A stretch of DNA of 64,000 nucleotides from an uncultured Desulfobacteraceae bacterium (GCA_964633015.1 CAZWEV010000011.1:6727-70726), one strand, 5' to 3'. Positions 40,725 through 49,851 are shown, counted from the stretch's first letter. Notes: generated from the letters alone by a model not told the origin. Made by a program: numbers and translations.

Positions 40725-40998
40725 CAATCCCCAAAGCCACCGTCTAAACTCCACAATGGCAATCTTGTAAGTTGATTTGGCGAAAGTCCTGATCACCAGC
40801 AAGGTGTCAAATGCAAGTCGAAGATCCCGTCCCCGGGGCGGGGGCGCCGCATCGTAGATCCCGTGTTGTGTGCGGGAGGAGCGACGACTGAGGCGTATGA
40901 CCAATACGTCGCAAGGAGGAGCGACCGAAGGCAACGCAGCTTGAGGTCTGCGAAATCCCGTTTTGGCGGGAAGATGATACCTTGATGGTGGGTCAGGG
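40725..40998 (+). repeat. structured intergenic repeat, copy 2 (longest)
   Basis: See copy 1. Closing helix is 40788-40808 with 40976-40997. Hairpins at 40860-40876 and 40892-40910. GGAGGAG at 40875-40881 and 40915-40921. Confidence 0.75.
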
Positions 40999-41035
40999 AC
41001 AATCGCCGCTACGGGTTCTTCGACCCAGGACTCTA

Positions 41036-41593
41036 TCATTTTTCGATGCCGTCCCGTGCCTGCACACCCGCTTGATAGTAATGTTTTATCTCCTTCATTT
41101 CCGTGACAAGGTCGGCAGCTTCCATGATCCGGGGGTCGGCTTTTCTCCCGGTGATCACAAGTTCAACCCCTTCGGGTCTTTTTTTGATAACATCCAGCAG
41201 ATCATCCACCGAAAAAAGGTCGTAATACGTGGCGATCGTTGCTTCGTCGAGGATAATGACGTCATATTCCCCGGAAGCCATGACTTTTCTGACCTCTTCC
41301 AGTCCCTCGCGAGCGGCCCGGATGTCTTCCTCATCGGGATCCTTATAGATGAAACAGTCGCGACCGTATTGTCGGATTGTAATAAGGTCCGCAAATCTCT
41401 TGAGGCTTTCCAGCTCACTGTATTTCATCCCTTTGACAAACTGGCCGATATAGGTCCGAAGCCCGGCTCCTGCAGCCCGCAACGCGAGACCCAGAGCCGC
41501 GGTCGTTTTTCCCTTCCCGTCGCCCGTGTATACCTGCACATATCCTTTCATTTTCTCTTTTCTCTTTCGAATTCCGAAATTCTTCTCAATCAC
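41036..41593 (-). CDS. cobO: cob(I)yrinic acid a,c-diamide adenosyltransferase (CobO/BtuR type)
   Basis: VYTGDGKGKTTAALGLALRAAGAG P-loop plus YDVIILDE. Start is either GTG 41593 or ATG 41551. Confidence 0.85.
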   Translation of the reverse strand: MIEKNFGIRKRKEKMKGYVQVYTGDGKGKTTAALGLALRAAGAGLRTYIGQFVKGMKYSELESLKRFADLITIRQYGRDCFIYKDPDEEDIRAAREGLEEVRKVMASGEYDVIILDEATIATYYDLFSVDDLLDVIKKRPEGVELVITGRKADPRIMEAADLVTEMKEIKHYYQAGVQARDGIEK

Positions 41594-42053
41594 CTGGCAT
41601 CACCTTTTCAAAGGCTTCTCTTATCCTCGCTTCAAGATATCCGAGCAGTGAAACATCCTCTTCAAAGACATCAAAACAGTACCCGTCGTTCCCTAATATT
41701 CCCCCCGGAATCAGGTTTCCCAGGCCCTTCGGATCAGAGACCGCCTCGGCGTAAAAGCAAACGGAAAGCCACCTGTTCTCAGGGTCGTCATCGATCACAT
41801 CAACCAGGGTAAATAACCGCTCCTCTCCTCCCCGGAAAACCCACGCCCGGAGTGAATAGCTTACCCCGGGTCGAGCCAGGAAATCAAGTCTTGTTCCGTC
41901 CAGCTTGAGGAAGACCGACTTGAGCCACAGAAAAGAGGCCCTTACCCGGCTTTCCCCACCGTTCCATGTATCGAGAAATGCAATAAACTCTTCCTGTATT
42001 TTTCTGTTTTTAAATATCTGCGATCCTTTCAAGATATTCTCTTGCCCTCTCAT
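41586..42053 (-). CDS. hypothetical protein
   Basis: ORF 41586..42149 trimmed to ATG 42053, which still overlaps the TPR gene end (42010) by 44 nt. TTG 42032 is the alternative. No motif recognised. Confidence 0.5.
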   Translation of the reverse strand: MRGQENILKGSQIFKNRKIQEEFIAFLDTWNGGESRVRASFLWLKSVFLKLDGTRLDFLARPGVSYSLRAWVFRGGEERLFTLVDVIDDDPENRWLSVCFYAEAVSDPKGLGNLIPGGILGNDGYCFDVFEEDVSLLGYLEARIREAFEKVMPGD

Positions 42054-43434
42054 TTCCAAGCGATTCTGCATGCTTCCAGTCTCGAATGGCGAGAGACACA
42101 TTTCCGAGACGTGCCTGCACCCATCCCCTCCGGAGGTACGTCTCGGCATCCAGAGGATAGGACTCTATGGATCGGGTGAAATCATCCAGCGCCTTTTCCA
42201 TATCTCCGAGCATGACATACACAATCCCTCTGTTGTAGTACACATCACCTTCCACCCCGTCCAGGTGAATGACACGTGTATAATCGTCAAGGGCATTAGC
42301 CAGATCTCCGGCTTTCAGATAGGTGTTCCCTCGGTTATAATAGGCCGACATTTCGGATGGTTTCAATTGGATTGTCTGTTCAAATTCCTGAAGCGCAGCA
42401 TCGTATTGCTGCATACATGACAGTGCGATTGCCCTGTTCAGGTGCCCTCTGTGATCACCGGGATTCAATCCAACGTAAAGAGCCAGGTCATTTTCCGCCG
42501 CCTCATAATCAATACCCTGCTCCAGGAGCGCAATGCCTCGATTCAGGTAGGCTTCACCTGTATGAGGGTCTAATTCAATGGCACGGCCGAGATCTTTCAT
42601 GGCCGCGTCCCATTCCTCCTTCAAGGCGAATGCACAGCCGCGATTAACATGGGATAATGCATTTCCCGGAGCTAGATTCAAGGCCCGATCGAAATCCTCC
42701 AGAGCACGGTCAACGTTCCCATTCTTGAGAAAGGCAGCCCCACGCTTCATTAGGGCGGGAACAGAGCTCAAATTCGCCTCCAGTGCTTTGGTATAGGCGG
42801 CTATTGCTTCATCAAGGTCTCCGCGGCGGTACCAGGAATCCCCTTTCATAATCAGGCCTGAAAGCGTCTCCCGCTGCTCCTGCTCCGCATCAGTCTCCCC
42901 TTTCCCAAGCAGAATCATCCCCCTCAGCGCCCTAATTTCTTTATTGAGCATTTCAATATGCTCATTCGCCTCTGCAGCCCTGTTTTCAGCCGCTTTAAGG
43001 GCCTTTATCTTCTCATCCACTTCATCCAGCACCTTTGTATGTTCTGTTACCGACTCAACGTCGCCCACCATTCTGGCCTTTACATAATAATTCCGTTCTT
43101 CCTTCTTTTCTTCAAGGATTTCTGTGGTAAGGATCCCCTCTGCGATCGTTTTCAGCTCTCCCTGTGAATAGCCCAGAGACGCAAGAATCGGTTCCTCCAG
43201 AAGAGAGGACACCAGTTCTTCCAAGAGCAGCTCATGCATCTTCTGCAGAGCCGCCCCTCGCAGGCCGTGTTCCAGATTCTCATACTGCCCGATATCGTAG
43301 AAATCTTTCTGATACTTGAAAGAACCTGCAAACGCGGACCTTGCTGCGGAAAGGTAAAAGGCGATGTCCGCCAGGATGCGATGCTGGTCTGCTGATACTC
43401 CTGCTCCATCATAATCAACCATATCCGGTGCCAT
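42010..43434 (-). CDS. tetratricopeptide-repeat protein with an N-terminal coiled coil
   Basis: 474 aa. The C-terminal half has at least 7 TPR units (for example YNRGIVYVMLGDMEKALDDFTRSIE). The central KALKAAENRAAEANEHIEMLNKEIRAL is a coiled coil. Confidence 0.8.
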   Translation of the reverse strand: MAPDMVDYDGAGVSADQHRILADIAFYLSAARSAFAGSFKYQKDFYDIGQYENLEHGLRGAALQKMHELLLEELVSSLLEEPILASLGYSQGELKTIAEGILTTEILEEKKEERNYYVKARMVGDVESVTEHTKVLDEVDEKIKALKAAENRAAEANEHIEMLNKEIRALRGMILLGKGETDAEQEQRETLSGLIMKGDSWYRRGDLDEAIAAYTKALEANLSSVPALMKRGAAFLKNGNVDRALEDFDRALNLAPGNALSHVNRGCAFALKEEWDAAMKDLGRAIELDPHTGEAYLNRGIALLEQGIDYEAAENDLALYVGLNPGDHRGHLNRAIALSCMQQYDAALQEFEQTIQLKPSEMSAYYNRGNTYLKAGDLANALDDYTRVIHLDGVEGDVYYNRGIVYVMLGDMEKALDDFTRSIESYPLDAETYLRRGWVQARLGNVSLAIRDWKHAESLGNERAREYLERIADI

Positions 43435-43517
43435 TTTTCTCCCCCTTTTTTAAAGGGTTTGCTGAGACGCCAATCTTCCCAATTCCATGTGTCTGCCCGG
43501 GATCACAACCCCCCTGT

Positions 43518-43670
43518 CTACCGGTGCAATTTTTTGCCATACTTCTTCAACAGCTCGCGCATGGCCTCTTCCAGAATGTCGTTGATGGGACGCTCCAGGT
43601 CGATTGCGAGCTTCTTAAATTCTTTCAGGAGATCGTTCTTTACCTGCGTTGAGAATACTTTCTTCCCCAT
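43518..43670 (-). CDS. ribbon-helix-helix (CopG/Arc-like) DNA-binding protein, 50 aa
   Basis: ORF 43518..43706 trimmed to ATG 43670: MGKKVFSTQVKNDLLKEFKKLAIDLERPINDILEEAMRELLKKYG. This has the beta-strand / helix / helix layout of RHH proteins. Confidence 0.55.
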   Translation of the reverse strand: MGKKVFSTQVKNDLLKEFKKLAIDLERPINDILEEAMRELLKKYGKKLHR

Positions 43671-43685
43671 GGCAACGCGGATAGC

Positions 43686-43764
43686 ATAAAGAAATAAAGA
43701 TGTCAAGTTTTTTTTATTTCTTTATCTTATTCTTAGCAAGGTAACATTATTTCTTTATTTCTTG
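43686..43764. promoter_or_regulatory. three-fold ATAAAGAAATAA repeat array (putative RHH operator/promoter)
   Basis: ATAAAGAAATAAAGA at 43686-43700, with reverse-complement copies at 43713-43726 and 43748-43764. GTAACAT direct repeats at 43741-43747 and 43764-43770. On the minus strand a TTGACA hexamer sits next to the first repeat. Confidence 0.4.
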
Positions 43765-43913
43765 TAACATCGGGAACAGATACTTTCAAGAATAACCGGC
43801 GGCGCAGTCATGGACTGTCCACAGGGATAAAATTTCCGGATCCCGTGCATCAAAAAAGTCGAATGTGGATTTTGAGGAATCGGAATTGGACTATTTCATG
43901 AAAAAAAGGAGGA

Positions 43914-46175
43914 TTATTTTGAATTTTCCAGTTCCTGGGCCTGGACAACGGTAATGGCAATCACATTGAGCACGTTCTCCACGTCCGTACCCCGCTGAAG
44001 AACATTAAATGGTTTGCGGATCCCCATTAATAACGGCCCCACTGCCTTAGCGCCCCCGAGCCTCTCCAGAAGCTTGTAGGCGACGTTTCCGGAGGAAAGA
44101 TCAGGGAATATCAACACATTCGCCGCTCCGCCCAGGCGATTGAAAGGATATTCACTGGAGAGGATCTCGTCAACAACGGCCGTATCCGCCTGCATTTCCC
44201 CGTCTATCATCAGGTCAGGTCTGGCCTTCTGGACATGCGCAACCGCGTCCCGCACACGCTGGGCGTCAGGATGGGGCGTGCTTCCGAAATTGGAAAAGGA
44301 AAGCATGGCTATGCGTGGCTCAATGTCAAAAAACCGGGCCATGTCCCCGGCCAACAGCGCTATTCCCGCGAGGTCCTCACTGCTTGGGTAAAAATTGACC
44401 GTCGCATCCGCGAACAGCAGGGTACGCTCCCTGAAAATCATGAGATATATGCCCGCTACCTTGGAAACACCCTCTCGCCGCGGAATTACCTGGAGCACCG
44501 GGCGGATGGCATCCGGATACGATCTCCTGATTCCATGGACCTGACCATCCACAAGCCCCTCATATACCATCATGGCCCCGAAAACATAATGATTCCGAAG
44601 CTGTACCCTTGTCTCGTCCCGGGACCAACCTTTTCTGCACCGCAGGTGAAACAATTTTTCGGAAAACACTTCATACAGTGGGCTCGTGAGGCTGTCCAGC
44701 ACCTCGATCCCTTCCATCGGCACCTGAACTTCTTCTGCCAGACGCCGGATTTCCGCCTCATTTCCGATGAGCAAAGGCCTTGCGATCCCTTCCCGCACTG
44801 CCTGATGAGCGGCGCGCAGAATAACCGGGTGATTTCCTTCGGGAAGGACAATTCTCATGGGTCTCATCTTGGCGCGGTTTATTATTTTCCGCATAATTTC
44901 CTGTTCCGGGTGCAGAATCCTTTCCAGCCGCTGAACATACCGTTCCTTATCGGGCATCACCTTTCTGGCAACCCCGCTCTCTTCAGCCGCTGTTGCCACG
45001 GCCGGCGCAACCTTGAGGAGGACCCGGAAATCAAGCGGTTTGGGAATAATGTATTCAGGCCCAAACAGGATGGGGGTTCCCCCATACGCACGCCGCACCG
45101 TGTCAGGGACATCTTCCTTCGCCAGATCAGCAAGGGCCCGCACCGCAGCGATTTTCATTTCTTCATTAATACTCGTTGCCCGCACGTCAAGAGCACCCCG
45201 AAAGATAGATGGAAAACCGAGAACGTTATTCACCTGATTGGGATAATCCGAGCGTCCTGTTGCGATGATGGCATCAGGTCTGGCAGCTCTTGCTTCAAAG
45301 TAGTCTATCTCGGGATCCGGATTCGCCAGGGCAAAAATAATGGGCTTCTCAGCCATGAGCATGAGCAGTTCGCTGGTAAACGCGCCTTTAACCGACAGCC
45401 CGATCAGGACATCCGCTCCTTTCACCGCCTCCTCCAGACCCCTGCAGGCTGTTTCATGCGCAAACGCCTCCTTGTAGCTGTTCATCCCTTCCGTACGCCC
45501 CTTGTAGATAACCCCTTTGGAGTCGAGCATGATTACATGATCTTTTCGCACCCCGAGCTGCAATTGCATCTTTGCGGTAGCTACGGCCGCAGCACCGGCC
45601 CCGTTTATTACAACACGGATGTCTTCCAGTCTCTTTTCGGTGAGCTCGCACGCATTCAGAAGAGCGGCAGCGGAAATAATAGCAGTGCCGTGTTGATCGT
45701 CATGGAAGACGGGAATAGCCATCCGGCGCTTGAGTTCCTCTTCAATATAGAAACAATCCGGTGCTTTGATATCCTCAAGGTTGATTCCCCCGAAAGTCGG
45801 CTCCAGTACTCCAACTGCGCTGATGAACTCGTCGGGATCAGCGGTGTTTACCTCGATATCAAAAACATCAAGGCCGGCGAAGCGCTTGAAAAGAACAGCC
45901 TTTCCTTCCATCACCGGCTTCGCGGCAAGCGGTCCTATGTTCCCCAGGCCGAGTACCGCTGTCCCGTTGGTTATCACGCCGATCAAACTGCCGCGTGACG
46001 TATATTCAAAGGAAAGATCTTCATTTCCCTGGATTCTCACGCATGGAACAGCCACGCCCGGGGTATAGGCCAGGCTCAGGTCAGATTGGGAAACACAGGG
46101 CTTTAGGGGAACAACCTCGATTTTTCCAGGTCTGGGCTTACTGTGATACCGAATGGCTTCCTTTTCATACAACAT
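43914..46175 (-). CDS. maeB: NADP-dependent malic enzyme (malic enzyme plus PTA-like domain)
   Basis: 753 aa with an N-terminal malic enzyme domain (VITNGTAVLGLGNIG, FHDDQHGTA) and a C-terminal phosphate acetyltransferase-like domain. Confidence 0.93.
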   Translation of the reverse strand: MLYEKEAIRYHSKPRPGKIEVVPLKPCVSQSDLSLAYTPGVAVPCVRIQGNEDLSFEYTSRGSLIGVITNGTAVLGLGNIGPLAAKPVMEGKAVLFKRFAGLDVFDIEVNTADPDEFISAVGVLEPTFGGINLEDIKAPDCFYIEEELKRRMAIPVFHDDQHGTAIISAAALLNACELTEKRLEDIRVVINGAGAAAVATAKMQLQLGVRKDHVIMLDSKGVIYKGRTEGMNSYKEAFAHETACRGLEEAVKGADVLIGLSVKGAFTSELLMLMAEKPIIFALANPDPEIDYFEARAARPDAIIATGRSDYPNQVNNVLGFPSIFRGALDVRATSINEEMKIAAVRALADLAKEDVPDTVRRAYGGTPILFGPEYIIPKPLDFRVLLKVAPAVATAAEESGVARKVMPDKERYVQRLERILHPEQEIMRKIINRAKMRPMRIVLPEGNHPVILRAAHQAVREGIARPLLIGNEAEIRRLAEEVQVPMEGIEVLDSLTSPLYEVFSEKLFHLRCRKGWSRDETRVQLRNHYVFGAMMVYEGLVDGQVHGIRRSYPDAIRPVLQVIPRREGVSKVAGIYLMIFRERTLLFADATVNFYPSSEDLAGIALLAGDMARFFDIEPRIAMLSFSNFGSTPHPDAQRVRDAVAHVQKARPDLMIDGEMQADTAVVDEILSSEYPFNRLGGAANVLIFPDLSSGNVAYKLLERLGGAKAVGPLLMGIRKPFNVLQRGTDVENVLNVIAITVVQAQELENSK

Positions 46176-46224
46176 TATCTAAAATCTCCTCACACTTTCC
46201 CGCTTTGATTTTCTTCAGACGACA

Positions 46225-47595
46225 TCATCGGCCGATAAACGTCAGAAAAGACGTTACGAATAACAGGTAGATCAGGAGTCCCAATATATCATTCGTGGTG
46301 GCCACGAACGGGACAGTGCCCAGAGCGGGATCAAAATGAAGTTTTTTCAACGCGATAGGGACCGATGCCCCGAGGAAACTGGCATTCAGGATAATAACCA
46401 CCAGAGCCAGCCCTACGACAGATCCCAGGCGGAAATCGGATACCCAGAGTCCCACTATCAGTCCCAGCAGAACCCCGCATATGACACCGTTCAGCAGCGC
46501 GACTTTCAATTCAACAAAAAGCCGTTTTCCGATCTTGAGAAGACTGATATCTCCAGTTGCCAGCCCTCGAACAACGATGGTCGCGGCCTGGTTGCCCGTG
46601 CTTCCTCCCATGGCCATAATAACAGGAAAAAAGAAGGTCAGCGCTATAATCCTTTCCACCGATGCCTCAAACCTGCTGATAACCAGTGCAGAGATGATTT
46701 CTCCCAGGAGACCTGCGATCAGCCACGGCAACCGCGCCCTCGAGATCTTTATGGGAGAGTCTTCCGTGATTTCCTGGTTGACCACACCCGCCATGAGGGA
46801 GATATCTTCATCAGCTTCGTCTTCAATGACATCAATGATATCATCATGGGTGATGCGGCCTATCAAACGATGTTGTCCGTCCACCACAGGGATATTGACG
46901 AGATCATATTTCTTGACAAGGTGAACCACCTCTTCCTGATCGGCGTCTGCGTGGACGGAAATGACCTCGGGATTCATGATCTCCCTGATCTTCCGCTCAG
47001 AGGGCTCCAGGACGAGATCTTTCAGGGAAATAACGCCCACGAGCCTCCCGAAATCATCCACCACCCAGATATAATAGAGATTTTCCACCTCCTCTCTTTT
47101 CTCACGGACCACATGAATGGTATCTTGGATCGTGGCATCAGCTTCAATGGCCACGTATTCCAGGCCCATGATCCCCCCTGCTGTATCGTCGGGATACGGG
47201 AGGAGTTTTTCCAGCTCCAGGGAGACATCGTCGCTGAGAGACCCAATGATTTCTTTTGCCCGCTCAGCAGGAAGATCACCCACAAGGTCTGCTGCGTCAT
47301 CGGATTCCAACCCCTGGACAATTTTCGTTAGAGCCTTATTGTCGAGGTCTTCAAGGATACGTCCCTGGACCGGAGGTTCAATCTCCACCAGGACATCCCC
47401 TGCGCCTCCAGGCTCAAGCACATTGAAAATAAAGAGCCGTTCATCGCTGTTCAGGTGCTCTATGAGGTCAGCCACGTCGGCAGGCATCATTTCCTCCAAA
47501 AGCCTGTTCAGGGAATTTTCGTCCTCCCGTGCGATGAACTCCTTGGCCTTATCGATCAACTTTTCGCTGACCTGAGGGTTGGCAAGATTGGTCAA
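46225..47595 (-). CDS. mgtE: magnesium transporter MgtE
   Basis: ORF 46225..47643. Has the MgtE N-domain, two CBS domains and a C-terminal membrane domain (GNQAATIVVRGLATG, PFVATTNDILGL). Start set at TTG 47595, 6 nt after AGGAGA, which removes the overlap with the upstream gene. Confidence 0.9.
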   Translation of the reverse strand: MTNLANPQVSEKLIDKAKEFIAREDENSLNRLLEEMMPADVADLIEHLNSDERLFIFNVLEPGGAGDVLVEIEPPVQGRILEDLDNKALTKIVQGLESDDAADLVGDLPAERAKEIIGSLSDDVSLELEKLLPYPDDTAGGIMGLEYVAIEADATIQDTIHVVREKREEVENLYYIWVVDDFGRLVGVISLKDLVLEPSERKIREIMNPEVISVHADADQEEVVHLVKKYDLVNIPVVDGQHRLIGRITHDDIIDVIEDEADEDISLMAGVVNQEITEDSPIKISRARLPWLIAGLLGEIISALVISRFEASVERIIALTFFFPVIMAMGGSTGNQAATIVVRGLATGDISLLKIGKRLFVELKVALLNGVICGVLLGLIVGLWVSDFRLGSVVGLALVVIILNASFLGASVPIALKKLHFDPALGTVPFVATTNDILGLLIYLLFVTSFLTFIGR

Positions 47596-47605
47596 AATAT
47601 TTCTC

Positions 47606-48643
47606 CTAACGCCATTTCTTGATCTCTTTGGCAACCAGGGCACCTATGTCCGTCCCTGTCTTCGATGACCTCTTTATCTCTCTGAGAGGGATCTCCGCCC
47701 TGGCTGCTCCGGGGTGTCCACCTGCCGTCCCGCCGAGAGGGCCAAAGAGCTTCCGAGCGACCTTTCCCGCGTTTCCCCTGAACCCGGCATTCCGCAGGAT
47801 GATAACCAGTTTATCGTCGTATTCCCCCGACACAATGCTCCAGGTTGTTTCGGCAAGCTTCATAAAAAAATCAGCTATCAGGACCAGCGTATCGGGGTTT
47901 TTCACGACCCCCATATGAACAAATGCTCTGTCTCCAATGAACATTACCCCTTCAATGGCTTTCCTGAAATGCTCAAGGGTCAGGCGTGTGATTTCCGATG
48001 ACTCAATTTTCTTTATAATGTTCAGGTTCGCCAAACGGTAAAGATACTGGAATGCATTTATATCATTGGGAATTGACTTCCTCACAAAATTGTCCGTGTC
48101 CGTCTTGATGCCGTAGAACAGGGCTGTTGCAAGCCGAGGAGAGGGGTTGATTTTGGCAGCTTTCAGATATTCGGTCATCATTGTGGCGGTGGCGCCATAG
48201 TCTTCCTTTATGTCCACAAACGGGGCCTTGGAAGACTCATCCGCAGGATGGTGATCAAGGATAATATCAAAACGCAGGCCCGCAAACTGTTCATGATGTC
48301 CGGGCTGGGAATCCAGCACAGCCACTTTATCAAATTCCTCGCGTCGAAAATGATTCACGTGTTTCTGTTCAATTTTCAAGAGTCTGATAAACGCCAGGTT
48401 GTCCGCCCGTTGTATCTCGTTGATATGGAAAATCTCGACTCGCTGGACCCTTCGCCAGAAGAAACGTTTCAGGGCCATTGCGCTGGACATGGCGTCGGGG
48501 TCCGCGTCAATCAGAACAGCCAGACTGTCTTCAGGATGCACCACCTCCCTGAGTCTCTTGCACTTTTCAGTTGCTGAAACAGACTTGGCAAAGGGGTGTT
48601 CCATAATTTCGTTCATACCGGTTTCCCCCATGAGGACAATCAT
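47606..48643 (-). CDS. DHH/DHHA1 phosphoesterase (NrnA-like)
   Basis: DADPDAMSS, ILDHHP and GGTAGGHPGAA motifs; 345 aa. Confidence 0.8.
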   Translation of the reverse strand: MIVLMGETGMNEIMEHPFAKSVSATEKCKRLREVVHPEDSLAVLIDADPDAMSSAMALKRFFWRRVQRVEIFHINEIQRADNLAFIRLLKIEQKHVNHFRREEFDKVAVLDSQPGHHEQFAGLRFDIILDHHPADESSKAPFVDIKEDYGATATMMTEYLKAAKINPSPRLATALFYGIKTDTDNFVRKSIPNDINAFQYLYRLANLNIIKKIESSEITRLTLEHFRKAIEGVMFIGDRAFVHMGVVKNPDTLVLIADFFMKLAETTWSIVSGEYDDKLVIILRNAGFRGNAGKVARKLFGPLGGTAGGHPGAARAEIPLREIKRSSKTGTDIGALVAKEIKKWR

Positions 48644-48821
48644 CTTCGAAGATCACGTCTTCAGAAAATCCGAAATGCTTTGCGTAATCGTCACCCTATA
48701 GAAACAATGTCTAAAATTCAACGGGAAAGAGAGATTTTGCCCTCCATCACCACGCTTCCTCAACACCCGTTTTCATACCCTTCAAAGAACTGTCACGGTG
48801 GACCTGAAGCGATGTTTCTCA

Positions 48822-49628
48822 TCACCAGGGCCACACGTGCTTCAGGAACTCAAGGCTCGCGCCCAGTTCTTCCTCCCGGTGCGGTTCCAGGGTCACAATC
48901 GGAGGGGCTTCAAGCTCATTTTTCAAGGCGTGGAAAAAGGCCGAAAAATCAATGATTCCCTTGCCTAGGGCAATGTGGTCGTCTTTTTCTCCGAAATTAT
49001 CGTGCAGGTGGAGTTCTCCGATAGTAGATCCCAGGGAACTGACCCACGTTGCAAGAGGGGTATTGCTGAAGGCCGATTGATGCCCTGTATCCAGACAGAA
49101 GGCCACTTGTGTTTGATCCAGTGATTCAAACAGGGGCTTCAGTTCATCCGGTCCTTCTTCAAACACATTTTCAAGCATCAGACGCCCTCCTTCCGCATGG
49201 ACCGCGCCTCCAAGCCAGGTCCACATTCTGATGCTGTTTTCAAACCAGGTGTTTCCGAGAAATCCATACCGTTTGGTCTCGAACCCTGCGTGGCACACCA
49301 CGGTCCGGGCACGGAAAACCGGAATGAGTCTCACGACCTGTTCGTATCTTCGGCGGGTCAGGTCCCAGACCTGTGGATCCGGTGATCCGGGAGAAAGATC
49401 AACAAACGGGGCATGGAAGGTCACTCGCAGCCCGCGTTCAGCAAGTTTTTCCGCCACCTGACGGAATTCCGGCAAAGGAAAACGATCCAGCGCATATGCG
49501 TCCAAACCGATTTCGGGGTTGATCCCTTCTGTCAGGAACCGTTTCAGGTAGGAATCATGGAGCATGCCGAACGGGATATTGACCTGGACCTGCTCTTTCA
49601 TGTCTTTTTTCATATCCGAATCTTTCAC
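48822..49628 (-). CDS. sugar phosphate isomerase/epimerase (xylose isomerase-like TIM barrel)
   Basis: LENVFE, CLDTGH and ELHLHDN motifs. GTG 49628; ATG 49613 is the alternative start. Confidence 0.75.
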   Translation of the reverse strand: MKDSDMKKDMKEQVQVNIPFGMLHDSYLKRFLTEGINPEIGLDAYALDRFPLPEFRQVAEKLAERGLRVTFHAPFVDLSPGSPDPQVWDLTRRRYEQVVRLIPVFRARTVVCHAGFETKRYGFLGNTWFENSIRMWTWLGGAVHAEGGRLMLENVFEEGPDELKPLFESLDQTQVAFCLDTGHQSAFSNTPLATWVSSLGSTIGELHLHDNFGEKDDHIALGKGIIDFSAFFHALKNELEAPPIVTLEPHREEELGASLEFLKHVWPW

Positions 49629-49631
49629 AGC

Positions 49632-49851
49632 GACAATCCTTCCTCTGAAGTAAACCTTCTCCCGCAGAGGGGCTCAGCGTGCAAGGTTTGTTTTCGAAAT
49701 TTCTGACCGTCAGCAAGGTGTCAAATACAAGTCGAACATCCGGTCCCCGGCGGGGGCCCCAAGGAGCGACGACTGAGGCGTATATTTAATACGCCGCAAG
49801 GACGAGAGATCAAACGCATCGTAACAGATGATGCCTTGCCGGTGGATCAGG
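49632..49851 (+). repeat. structured intergenic repeat, copy 3 (shortened variant)
   Basis: Shares the GACAATCC start, the closing helix (49702-49722 with 49830-49851) and the central hairpin (49777-49795) with copy 2. It lacks the CCCG-N9-CGGG segment. Confidence 0.7.

Noticed and set aside
40781-40795. GCGAAAGTCCTGATC resembles the GGAAAGUCCGG core of RNase P RNA.
   Set aside because: The motif is part of a three-copy repeat of about 250 nt. The other universally conserved RNase P elements are missing and the length is wrong.
44235-45998. A 587-aa plus-strand ORF.
   Set aside because: It is antisense to maeB, which has strong malic-enzyme motifs over its full length.
46336-47331. A 331-aa plus-strand ORF.
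   Set aside because: It is antisense to mgtE.
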